A model generated the notes under the pieces. It did no database searches. It was not told the DNA's origin and saw nothing but the letters and a program-made list of their open reading frames with translations. Positions 1-13,200 of a stretch of DNA of 64,000 nt are shown piece by piece. Position numbers and translations under genes: made by a program. Source of the stretch: Tubulanus polymorphus (taxonomy: Eukaryota; Animalia; Nemertea); the NCBI RefSeq assembly GCF_964204645.1, contig NC_134029.1:2666001-2730000 (forward strand). The letters run 5' to 3'. Each line of letters starts with the position of its first letter. Position 1 is the first letter of the stretch.

Positions 1-576
1 TATGCGACTTAACTTTATTCTACATTCTACATACAGCGTGTGATTAGATACGACGATGAAATTTACTTCACTCTAACCATGCTCAGTGGTTCATAGACGA
101 TCTTACAGGATTTACAAACGGAAAAGTAACAATACACCTGCGGCCAAAGCAACGCCAGCGAGCGATATTAGTGAGAACTAGTGAAGAATCTTGTCCAATC
201 AGGCGACATCTGGCAGAATATCGACGCATGAAATTGACTACGTACGCATTGGAAATAATAGAAACGATCAACCTTTTTCTCTCAACTTAACTTACTCCAT
301 ATTTACACAAAACATTTAAAAAAAAATGTCATTAATACAGCATTAGTTTAGCCTTTGTTGGCTAATAATTCATCGACGAATATTCGCTGTTTCACTGTAC
401 AAAGTACAAAGTTTTTAAACTTCGAACCCGAGTCCAAAAGCTATCTCTAGTAACGACATTCTCATTGATTCGTCATTTGAATCTTATATATACTATATGC
501 AGATCTGAATCGAACAGAAATACGATTGTAAATAGATCTGAAATAAGAAACAAGTTTAAGAAAAAGGATTTAGACG

Positions 577-3500
577 ATGCTGCCGTTTCGTCAGACCAAA
601 CAGCAGTCTTCTAGTTCCGGTGTAATAGCGAGCACATCGCGCGCTGAGAATAAATCCTCGCCTACCAGGGGAGGTGCACTGCCGTATACCAACATGGATC
701 GGACACCGTCTAATTCCGCGGATAGTGAACGCAAACCACATATCTGCTGGTATTCAGGTAAGTGTGGTTTTATCAGTGAACATACGTGGAAGTTGGCTTA
801 CCTAACAGCAATTACAATCTGCTGCAATATCCAATGACGCAATGAGAGTTTTTATTTTGGGACGACCCGCATTCGGACGCCGGCGCGCCGGGGAATAGAA
901 TTGGCTATTACTACTGCAGTACAGTTAAAATGTATATGATATACCAATGTATGCATTGGAAACGGCTGGGATAACGATCGGTTTGAATGAAGCGCGAGGG
1001 AAAATTTCTGAACAAGATATCAAATAAAGCTAATGAGTACTAATATAAGCCGCAACAAATGGGGCACGTTTTACATTTAATTACATACATGATATGTATA
1101 TATTTTTCTCTTAATTAGTAAAATTAGGGTTACATTTATGGAAGCATCTGAATTATGATGTCGGAATATAAAACGTTTATACATATATCGGGCAGGGATT
1201 AATATCTAGCGCTGTATGCGCTCTCTGCCATATGTTACTTTAACACAATCATCGTATATATTAACACGAATACCGCTTTGTGTATAAAGTGCACAAACCT
1301 GTACAAACTGGCCGAATGGAGAGTTCCGGCATAATGATTTAAAAACACACCAAACGTGAAAAGCGCACACGGCGTCGCGGGGAAAGAGCGCGCTTAAGAT
1401 TTGAATTTTGGGTCCATGGCAGGACCGTAGCAATACAGCATTATCATTGTACAACGATGATATCTCCTCTTAACAACTACTCACGAATTGTTGTTTAGTT
1501 TTACGATTGGTTTTTAGGCGTGGTTTGGTGTTCATTTTTAATCCGGAAAAACTCTGACTCGCTCGCAAGCTACCGATATGCGTGAAACCTGAACCGTCAA
1601 GTGCTGCCCCTATATACGCTGACGGCGAATATGTGAACCAACTTAAACTTGCATGCCATAGTAGAAATTATGGGCTCATTAGTTCCCACGTTGACCGCTA
1701 ATGATTTGTATAGAGACAGCACTTAGCGGTTTAGATCTGATACTCTGCGTTGGGCCGAACTGCTGCACCGAAATACAAAACTGTCACATTTCATTTAACT
1801 ATCGTTTTGTAAATAAAAGAAGGAAATTTGTGATAAGAATCGATTAAGGATATAGGTACAGGAAAGGTGATAGTTTTGTAGAATTTAATAAAGGAATGCG
1901 TTTTTCCAAAAATATATGATTAGAGACACTTCGGGTGAAAATGTCGCTGTATACCAGAGCCCTGTCATTATCATCGAAAGCGTCTCGGTTCCAGAGAAAC
2001 ATTCATTTAAATGCAACCGTCATGTTTATATTTAGTAAGCGTTAGAATGCCAGAGTAACATGATCGTTTTTCAATACTAGGATTGGGAGGCAGTGAACAC
2101 GTTCATTCGGTTGAAAAATCATTCGCAAGTTCCACTTCGTGTCACGGTCTCGCGAGAATCAACGAGAGTTGTCACCCGACACGGAAACTAGTATGGACAA
2201 GTCTGGTAGCCATTGGTCTGGCTTGTATCGTCTGGCAAGTCAGTCTACTTGTACAGAACTACCTCAGTTGGCCCACCAATACCTCACTTAGTAAGAAGTA
2301 TGGAACTGATATGCCGTTTCCCGCCGTTACTATTTGCAATTATAACAGGTAGATTCATAATTCGATATCAATTCTCGATTTTATGAACGAAATAAATTCA
2401 TTTTCCGATACATTTTTTAGATATATTAAATCAACTTTGTCGCCATGTGAACAGGAGATTATTGATGCTTTAGCCCACGCGTACAGGGAAAACACGACGG
2501 AAGCCACCGGCAAGTGAACTTTACAAATAAAGATAAATTCGAAAAAAATGTGTCAAAAGAGTTGAATATCACGAAGTGCATATTTTTACAGATCATTTTC
2601 AGACTGTTATAAGCAGATGTAACGACGGTCATTTTGATTTGGACGAATTTAATAAAGCAAAAGGTTGGAAATTGGACGATAAGACGCTGTTGTCGTGTTC
2701 ATTTAAGGGAAAACCGTGCAAACAAAAAGTTCGTAGAAAGCAGGCGTTCATTTCAGGAGATCTGAACAGTCTTTGAGAAATAATGTAATATCATTAATCA
2801 GTAATACTGTTGTCTGTTTAGGACTGGACTCAAGTGAGCACACGACTAGGCAATTGTTACACTTTCAACGGAGCCGGAAGTATTAGTCAAACTCAGCCTG
2901 GTTCAGCGAGTGGTTTATACCTGGAAATAGATGTCGCTAGTGTATGTTACACATAATTCATCCACTCTTATTATACCGTGTATTTGTGCAGCGTTTTGAT
3001 TTCTCGAGTTTTCTATATTTAAGGATCAGTATACGTATCTATTAGATGAGTACACGCATACCGGTTTAAAATATCTCATTCACTCGCCGTCAGAACCGCC
3101 ATTTGTAATGGTGGAAGGCGATGACGTCAGTTCCGGTTTCGAGGTATCTACTAGCGTTCGCCGAAGACAAGTACGTAAGATGGGACTATAGAAGGTCAAG
3201 GCGATGTAGTTAACCTTCAAAAAAGCTCAAGATGCTTTAATTTTTAAGCTGTTTCTTTTTCAGCATTCAAACCTCGTAGCACCCTGGGGTGAATGCAGGA
3301 ACGACATTAAACTCGAAAACTTTGATTCGTACACAGTTCCAGCTTGTGTGTTGGAATGTCAGTCGAGATATGTGACCCAACGATGTGGCTGCAATCCTTC
3401 GTATTTACCAGGTATTATCATGCGTTATCGTTTCATTATCGTATAATTATCACAATAGTGAGAATTTCAGCATTAGCTTGAAAGGAACTGCGCTTAAAGA

Positions 3501-4325
3501 TGAATTGAATTATAGAAATTCATTTGTAGGAAAAGGAAAAAAATGCGATGTAACTGAAATGATTTGCGCTCGACTCGTGCATGGTGAGGGCAATAGACAT
3601 GCAGTATTCTTTTTATCGAAGACTGGGCCTGTTTAATGTGCATTTAAAACAATTCTATCACCAAATATTACAGCGGAAGTGAATTCTAATCTACCTCAAT
3701 TCTGCGACTGCCCGATAGCATGTGACTACAACCAACACGACGTCAGACTTTCATACGCCAGATACCCGACTGAAAAACACGCTCAAACTTTGGCTGAAAA
3801 AGCTAAACTTGACGCCGCTTATATCAAGTAAGTGACGCAGAACATCAAATAAGGAAAGTCCTAGTATTTCTTATTAATGATTTATTCGATACCATATCGT
3901 TTTACGTATACAACACAATAATGATATCAAATCGAGTCCATAATTGACTAAAAAGTAAACAGTATAGTGTTAGGACTATCCCTTGCTGTCCCGAGTTTTC
4001 TACGAGATATAGTGGTATTCTTTCAGATCGAATGTAGCGGCTTTGAGGATCTTTTTCGAGGAATTAAGTTACGAGAAGATTGAACAACAAGTCGCGGTTA
4101 CATTTGGAGATTTATTGGGTGAGGTTTAGATCTGTCTGATATATATTTCTAACCCCATATAATCCCTTTGAATTAATGTAATATTGCTTTTTTACAGGTG
4201 ATATTGGCGGACAAATGGGATTATTTCTCGGTATTAGTTTGATGACTACGCTGGAATTTCTGGAGTATTTTATCAATATCATATTTCGCATCATCAATAG
4301 AAACCAACAATTCAAACAAGATTAA
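577..4325 (+). CDS. DEG/ENaC (ASIC/FaNaC superfamily) amiloride-sensitive sodium channel subunit, 11 coding exons
   Basis: Phase-consistent exons: 577 (or ATG 694)-757, 2081-2348, 2421-2509, 2592-2728, 2822-2941, 3024-3170, 3264-3411, 3530-3583, 3674-3827, 4027-4118, 4198-4325. Motifs: pre-TM1 STSCHGL, TM1 RKLVWTSLVAIGLACIVWQV, FPAVTICNYN, GNCYTFN, Cys-rich thumb (CVLECQSRYVTQRCGC; CDCPIACD) and TM2 [26 protein letters not shown]. Start codon choice is uncertain. Confidence 0.93.
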
Positions 4326-4882
4326 AGGAAGCATGATAGATTTGAGCGATTATTTTGTAGAATAAGATATCATCCGATTAAAAAGTATTGTATTATTTTT
4401 CCAATTACGTCGTTTTTTCTCATTTTTTCTCTCTCAAGCAGAATCGATTCGATGCGGCAGCTTTAACTAAGTATCGAACGTATGTAGCGTTTATAACTAG
4501 CGATCAGAAAGGGCGTAGGCCTACAATACGTGCTGAGTGTATGTGAGTGTGTATCGTACTACATCTATAGCACTACTGTTAGTACTGTAAGGATTTATGC
4601 AGACTATTCTACTGAAAGATAGGAGAGCAGGAAACACGAATTTACTCGAGTCTATTCATGACAAAACGATTTAGGTCATAGATATTTTGTGGATGTGAAA
4701 CCAGTTTTTTACATTTTGATCATCTATTGTTCACCCGGGATTATTCAATTCACCTATGTAGTTATATTCAAACATAAGGGTATATATATATATGCTGTAC
4801 TTATATTCACATATATACGTCATATCGATGGATACAAAATAGTATTAGCTATATATACGAAGAGTGCAGTTCACGGATTAAA

Positions 4883-7526
4883 ATGGTTAGATGTGGCATG
4901 GGCTGCTGCCCTGGGCCTCACGTATTACCCATATCCATTGCGATTTTAACATTGCTATCGTTAATCACAGCGTAAGTCGTGTGCTCCTTAAATTCTAAGT
5001 GTCTTTTTAGAATTGGATTTTCCGATATTTGGATTAAACAGAAGAATTAAAATGAATTGATGATTTTCAGATACACGATATCGTTCTTAAAAGGACACAT
5101 AAAAAGGCAATTTCCATACATAAGGTAAGAAAAAGGCGTTCGTAAGATTGTACATTGTACAATTCTTGAATTCTCATAGCAAGCCGCCCATGTAACTGTA
5201 GATCTGGCTAAACTGACCGTACTCTGACTAATCTTTAAGGAGCGCTTTAATTCAACAGTACACAAGCCGTGAAAAATAGAATATACCATTTGCGGCAAAT
5301 TCTTGCATTCTTACAATATTCCAAGAGACCTTAACCAATATTTGAGCAGATTGTTGTTCGAGGTCAAGGCCACTTTAAAAGCTCTTAGTACAAATATGTT
5401 TGGTAAACATATTTGCAATATATCTGCTATAAGTGAAAAAACTTGTGTGATTTTATATTGAGATATCGTTTCAGTGAGACAGGGGCATCGAGTCCAGAAA
5501 GTTGTATATTTGGAGAGTTATGGAACACGATAGCAGTTTTATGTAAGATATCATGCGTATACCCAACTCAACTAGTATCAGATACCATACAGCACCATAC
5601 AATAATATCACCATAAACACCATACAGTCTTCATTATACCTACAACTATTTGAATATCGTTGCTTCAATTATATCAACGACCCTCATGTATGTGATGTGT
5701 TTCGCATTTGGTGCCCGGTTTTTACGGTCTCACCTGATCTCAGGCTTATTCCCAAGTCTGACTTTATTTTCCTATCTATTCATTTTTAGATGTCCCGTAT
5801 TTTACTCATTTTTGACGTTGTTTTTGCGTATTCGTGATACGTTTCTTATCTTTTCTTTTTGTTCGTTTCATTATTTTCTCTTTTTAGTAGGAATATTCTA
5901 CTATTTTATCAGTAAACAAGTAAGCGCATACTTCTCAGAGGTTTCCACGCGAGGAACCAGGCGTTTATTACGAATGAATAACGTGGCTCTCGCATTTGGA
6001 TTTTTAGACTCTTTTGGAATTAGCGTCGTCGCTAATTTTCAGGTACATTTACAATAGCTACATTTACGTAGAGAATAATTGATATCAATTAGAATAGAGG
6101 ATATAGAGAATTCCTATTTCTATCCAGAACTGGTAAATCTCTGTATGTAGATCGGATTACCAATTATAATTAATGGTTAAAGAATAGCCCGTACCTTAGA
6201 CGAAATAATTAAATTGAACCGACCGCATACAAATTCAAAAGATCGACTTCATTTTTGATTTAAACTCTTGACAATGAATCTAGTTTTCAATATTCTAAAT
6301 TCGTATGTAGTGTGTTTGAATCTTATTGCAATTAATGATTTTAGTTTTCCCTAACATTTCTTACACAAACATCTGTATTCTAGTGTATTCAAAGTTACTT
6401 TGATAATCTCTAAAATTCTTTATTTTTTCTCTCATAAATACCGAACTGTTTTCTTTATTTTTTTTCTAGATAACTAATCTCGGTTATACGCACTATGTCG
6501 GAGCAGCGCTCGCGTATCTTGGATTATGTGTGAACGCTGGTATCAACACCGCTTTGTCTTATAAGATGCATTATTTTACATCTCGTACCGTTTGTCGCAC
6601 GCGACTGGTAGCTACTTTTGGAATGACGTTGCTATCTTCGATAAGTACGATTTGTTTTTGATTGTCAAATTATGTAGAACATCAACGATTATTTTCACAT
6701 TTGGATTCGGTGTGGCGGTTAGATCGGAAATGAACTAGTTGATCCTAACCGTGGGAACTTGATCCAGGGCGCCTTAAAACATGCTATCTAATCCACTAGT
6801 CTCTAGTTTCCTAAACCCATGTTAATTTTGATCTTGTCAAATTATCTTTACAGCTTGCACGACGGGTGTGTTGTTTTGGACTTTATCTTATTCAGTGAGT
6901 AGAAATTCTAGTAAAGTCTAACAGTCGTCTCTTTCGCTTCTCTGTTTTAGTGGTCGTTGTCGATATGTTCTTTTGTTGCCAGTTGAAATCCCATTGTAAT
7001 GCACAGCATTGGAACATTTGGTTCATTGGATTTAAAAAGAAAATCTTCTTATCCTAACCTAGCTGTGTTTATGTGTGCGCGCTGAGCGTGTAGGGTGACC
7101 GTGGACCTTCATATCTAAGGCGGCCACACCCGTGAAGATTCGGGACCTCGGACCTTGAAAATTTCAGTGTCAGAAAATCAGCTTCTTTACTTTTACACAC
7201 GAATGTATTCACAGATAATTCTGGAACTGGTCTTGACTTACACTGTTTGTCTTAGCCTTCAGAAGCCCACTAATCTGATGAAATATTAATAACCTTTTCT
7301 TTCATTTCTTTTTCAATTGCAGAACTACAAACTCCATAACGCTAGTACTCTAAGTCAATGGTTAATGGTATTGATGATGTTAGTTTATGTTTTGACTTAC
7401 GTTCACGAGTTTAAACGGATGACGATAACACCACTTAAAATGAATATCCGTCTAAACGGACATGTTTACGATATGAATCTCGGCTCAGACGACGAATCAC
7501 GTGATTCTGAAGGGTCGTTGATTTGA
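4883..7526 (+). CDS. DRAM/TMEM150 (Frag1/DRAM/Sfk1 family) multi-pass membrane protein
   Basis: Exons 4883-4971, 5071-5124, 5475-5542, 5888-6042, 6470-6644, 6854-6894, 7323-7526 join in frame. They give MVRCGMGCCPGPHVLPISIAIL..., FPYISETGASSPESCIFG, FGISVVANFQ, HYVGAALAY and LHNASTLSQWLMVLMMLVYVLTYVHEF, which match the DRAM family motifs PYISDTG..PESCIFG, VANFQ, H..GA.LAF and LTF..EF. Confidence 0.88.
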
Positions 7527-10268
7527 TATTTCAGACGCTAGTGAATCATCAATACGAAAATATTATCCAATGCAAATTTCAGCCATGACGAAATGTTGGT
7601 TTCAACAGCAAGCGACTGTCTAATTCAAATGAAGAAAAATCCACAATATGAAGACAAATCTACTTTTCGATCCAATGCTATAATTCACTTCACGTTTTAA
7701 AAAGGCTGATAGAATTGAGTGGAAACTACAAATATTCTCACAGGTTTTTTGTTTGTATTGTGGATTTCTCTTTAGCGACTAAACTAAAACGTGGTGTAGT
7801 AGAATCCAGCACATCTGCTTACACTTTGGAAATTGACAAAACGTCCTTCTGTTGTGACAACGCTCACATTTTTGGATTAGTTCAAACTCAATTCTGTTGT
7901 GAAATTGCTACATTTAAGATACGTGGATTTTCAATTCATTTTAAAATATGAATTCTTTTTTCTATATGTATGATGTACAGTGAACCATTCCACGAAAAAA
8001 CGGTCACACATAAATTTCAGGTCACTCAAACACCATGATATGCCTTTGGAATCAAATTGCACGAACTATGATGTGCACGTCTCCGTCCAAATAGCGACAA
8101 GAAACTCTCAATTTCTGTGTGTCGAATCACACGTGATTGTCTCTTAATTCACATTTTCAACTTGAGACCTGATTTGTTCAGAATATGTGCTGTAATTAGT
8201 CTGTACACCTCAAGGCTTTTCAGTCTATGCATTTTAAAAAAATAACCAAACTGCACTTTCGTCCCTCAAACTCCGGCCCTAATCAACTGACCTGGTGATC
8301 TTAAATATACGATTTGTTAAGATAGACGCATGTATTAATTAGCTCATGATAGAAAATAATCAAACATAGAATTACCCGAAGCAGTGGTCCCATTGTCACT
8401 TGCCCACTTGATGAAGGGTTTCTTGATATATTCATTATTCAATAAGTTAAACACTTAAATCAAAAATGATGATGATAATATTTTTCTATTTCTATAATAA
8501 AGCTCATGCGGAAATGTTGCTGCATGTTATTATTTAATGTATTCGTACTGTTTAATTATATGTGAAATAAAGTTTGAGCTATATTAACTATGTTAAGTTT
8601 TAAATAAAGTCTCGTATCAGTTGCTCAATTGTATATTTATGAATAAACAGTTTTCTTATTAAGGAGAACCTTGCGGAGGACAGTTTGTACAGGTGTGAGG
8701 GGGTGGGACGGTGATTCGTTCGTATCCAAAGAACCCCCTTGGGCGTGGTATAAAACGAGGATTTCTAGAAGCATATAAGTTGCTTTAACCTATACAACTG
8801 TAGACACGCGTGCTGTATATGTGATATGTCTATTCAATGCGACAGAAATGAAATTCATTTTCTTTTCATCAGTCAATATGTCCTGTATGAGAGTCTCGGG
8901 AACGTATTTTCTCGAGTATTTGCTCCGTCTCGAGTGAGGACGTTGACGCAGTTTTCGAGTTTATTTCCCAATTTCTATTCATGATACAGTTCTTCAAAAT
9001 TGATATTTTCTCCGTTTATTTTCGCTCGCTGTCTGTTTCTGCCGACTTTTCAAGTATATATCGAATGGCTGTTAAACAGAGATCGTAATGAATTCACTGG
9101 TGCAACATAGCGCTAACCATTCGCTACATTTTTTCATTTGTAACATTTTTCTCCGTAGATATTTTTTTTTTTAAAGAGCGCATTTGTTCCGCGTGTCTGT
9201 ATGATAGATTACGCAGGTTTTGATTGGTAATAGCTCTGTGGTTAACAGTAATCAGCTCCGGGGTTTTTGTGTGAACCAAACCGCACACAAACGCATAATA
9301 ACCCACCACCAACAGAAAAATACATACATCCAAAAATATTTAATAGCCCCGCGAATAATCCTGCGCAAAAATTCAGTCGCAGTTTTTGATTTGCGTATTG
9401 CGGAAGTCATCCCTTCAAGAGAAGTTGTTATCCCGCGATGCAACTGAATTTCGTATCGTTACTTGATTTGTGGCGCATCTTCCGCGAGAGGGAACGAAGT
9501 TAGTAGTTAACACCACAAAGCTTAGCAGCGCCTGAACCTTTTTGCGTGCGCGTGATCACAGAGACTACGAACTCGATAAAAAGACGTCAACTCGATTCAA
9601 GTATCATCGTAAACTGTGAAAACTGTCGAATCTATTCATACGAATGCTATTTTTTGTGTCACATATTTAGAAGAATTAGTGTGTTTTCAATTTGATTTTC
9701 GAGGAGCGGTTGGGATTGTGACATTTGCGCGTCTATTCCGGAGTCCCGGAGTCCCCGTGTTTTCCCGCATTACCGTGTGATTTTTATGAAGATAGCGCGT
9801 ACTGACGGTAGCGGAATTTGTCGGGTTCTCAAAGTCGAAGCGGCCTGCGGCATATCGTGTGTGATCGAGCCAAAAATTAATTCCAAAACAAACGGAACAC
9901 GCGCATAACCAACCCCGACACAGCGGAACGTCTTTACAGGGCGTCTATAAATGGATATTGATTGTGTAATTCGATAAGCGTGCGTTTGAATATTCAATTT
10001 TTAATTTATCTTCTAATCTCCGGTGAGACTCGGTACGATATAGCCGTATACCGACGGATATTGCTTAAACAACGAGATAATACGTAAGGCACTGTCTCGA
10101 CACGCTCCAAAGGAATAAACCACAGAAATATAAGAAGAGATGCCAAAACACGAGTAAATCATCTTCAACAACTAACACCAGAAGTTTCGTAGACGTTTTG
10201 ACATTTCCTTCAAATATACAGAAGATCAAATCTTTAAAAGAAGGAGTTGTGAAGTATCTGAACCCAGC

Positions 10269-13200
10269 ATGAGGTAGGTGGAATTCTGACGATGCCGTTG
10301 ACGGCGCTACTTAAAATCCTTTCAGACTTCTCTTATACCCGATCAACTGCATGTAGGCCTAACATAAAAATCGACCCACCAAGATGTAGACACCAAACAA
10401 AACGGACATTTTTGTTGCGACTATTATTAAAATGGTATGGTGCTGCAGCTTCAAAATCAATCTGAATGAAGCGTTATACTACAAAGACTCCGGGGCCAGA
10501 CATATGTATCTAAACCTGCTGAGTGCGAAGATTTTATGACTGTTCTAATACTAATTGTAGCAAAAGAAAACGGAGTTTACGAATCTTTGTCTTTTCTGTC
10601 AAATATATAACTGAGGGTACTAATAAAGTATCGATAGAACACGGATATCATTCACTACTGTTTACTTTACTGAAAAGTTCAAAGTCATTAAACACCGAAA
10701 TAACCAAACTTCAATAGAGCTTTCGAGAACGCCGCCTGATAACGAGTAAGTCTGTCTATAACGTCTATACACACATCATTATCAAAGACAAGACGGTAAT
10801 TTAGAATTCATTGTTTACCGTCGAATAAGAGACAGTGTATTGATCAATCGGGCATAAAACACATTCGATTGACAACGTAAAGTACTTCATATCGTAAATA
10901 GTAATAAATCATGCGTAGTCCGTAAAATGCCATCGATAAAATAGGACCCGGTCTCAGTATGCGTTTTTAAGTCGATTTTGCGGGGGTCGATTGTTTCTAT
11001 ACGTGACATATACCCGTATCAAACATTCCATGGATCCACTACACTCATGCTGCATAGTTTCACTTAGTTAAAAATGCTCTCTTGCTCTGACTATCTGAAT
11101 ATAATACTATGTGGGTCTTGTTTAATGGGCAGAACACACACTTGTAATAATAAATAGTTGTTTGTTCCTGTTGTGTCATACTGTTTTCCGGTATCATTTT
11201 ATACCGTTTATTGCGCACTTCTACAATATCAACCACCACCGCATCGCCTCCTTCACTCGACGTTATATGAAAACAAGAGCCAGGGGATGGATTCAGGATT
11301 TTAGAATGGAGTGGGTTCATTGGCGCTAGGAGAAAAATGAAAAAGAAAGATGCGTTTTTATGCATTCTGGGGACATTTTAAATCAAATCTCTTGGAAAAT
11401 ATCTCACTCAACTTGTAATGAACTCCCAAGCCTAGCCCAGGACCTACCACTGATGGATCAATTACACCATAGACTATTCGAATTCTATGGTCGCACTGTC
11501 GATACATAAGTTTAAAATCTTGCTGAATATTATGAATGATCTCAGGCTGAGCTCTTGCACTAGTCATAAGTCCTAAAACTAAGCTCCGTCCTGGTTCATT
11601 CGTAGATTGCTAAAGCTGGCAACCCGTTATTTCATTTCGGTCCTAATTCATCTTTCAAACCTAACAACACGTTCCACTGATACTATTGCAATACTATAGT
11701 CGTTAATGTGTATATTTCCCCTTATCTAACTTTTAAATGTAGATTTTATGTTAATTCTGAAATCGGAGTGGTTACGATAGAAATTGTCCCAAATAGATTT
11801 CAGAAAAAAATTCGAGCACGAGATTTGACTATGAACAGACCCCCACCATACCGAATAATCATTATTCTTTGAATATACTTTTTTGCGATGTTTGGGAAAG
11901 TCTGATTCCGGGAACCGGTATCTAAAAACTGGAACCTGATGTGGTAATATTTGGTTTCCTCCTGGCTTGTAGCTTCATGGGGTAATTAAGCACTCAACAA
12001 GCCGCCAGCTTTATTTAACAGTCTGCTGTGAATTAATTTCGGCTACGATTTGTTTACTCGGGTCTTACCGGTAAATGTATAACTCGGCGAATTTTTACGT
12101 TAATCAGTGACAAGATGAAAGTAAAGCAGTTTTTTCATCTTAGTACTTCTCACGAGTTCACCGAAGCAAACTGAACCTAGGCTTGTGCGTTGAAACTCAT
12201 CGATGCCAAATGTTGATGAAGTCAAGGCCCGTAGGCAGGATTTTTCAAGGGCGGGTTCAGACATAGCCAAAAGGGCAATTTCGCTTGTGGTTGAGACCAA
12301 AGATGCCATTTCACGGTTAATTTCAAAGACTGTGTAACCCTATTTTTCTCAAAGATATCTCGCACTTTAGCCCTTTTAAACAAGAAAATTGACGCATCTT
12401 TAAAAAATCTATCTATTTCTGAAGTATGGACAGATCTTTGAAAAAAGACACTTGGACAATTCCGGGGCAGTGTGCACCCCTCGTGACTGCGGAAATGGTT
12501 CATTAATCTAAAGCCATAAGAAAAAGCTAAAACAAATCTACTTTGGAAGTAAAACAAGAGTGTTGTGGGTGGATGAAAATATTTAGTCTATCGGGATAAA
12601 AAATACGTACTTATTAAATCGGGTTTACGTGTGCAATAGCTATAGCTATATGATATTACAAAACGATGTAGTGACCCAATCTGAATGACAACTGCTGTCA
12701 GTCAAAATACAGAAAATTAGTTTTGTTATCAGAGATCCGATGACGCGAATACAAACAAATTTTCGTCTTGAATAATTCTTAATGCTTTGTACATGTAAAC
12801 AAAAGTCAATCAGACGAGTATGAGTTTCTTTTATCCCGAAGTCGATTTCATAAAAAAGAAAAAAACATTTCCTGAAAATACTTTCAGAAAATAGTTAACC
12901 GGGTAGATTTTGCACATTCGAAACATCGGCAATTAAAGAAAGACCGGGCACTGGACCACACAGACACGATATAGTGTGGTGACCTGAAATAAGAGCAAGG
13001 CGAAAGAACGTTTACAAGGTCGTGCGGAGAATGCGTGGGTCGATGTTTTGGGTCTCGATATGTTCTAAGTAAACCCGTGCGTGCTGAATGAACCCTTTGT
13101 ACAAAGGGATGGTTCACGTATATCAGACAATAGGAATGATAATGAAGCTAATTTTGAGAATACGGAGGCATATTTACTATTTACACATCATCAACACGTG

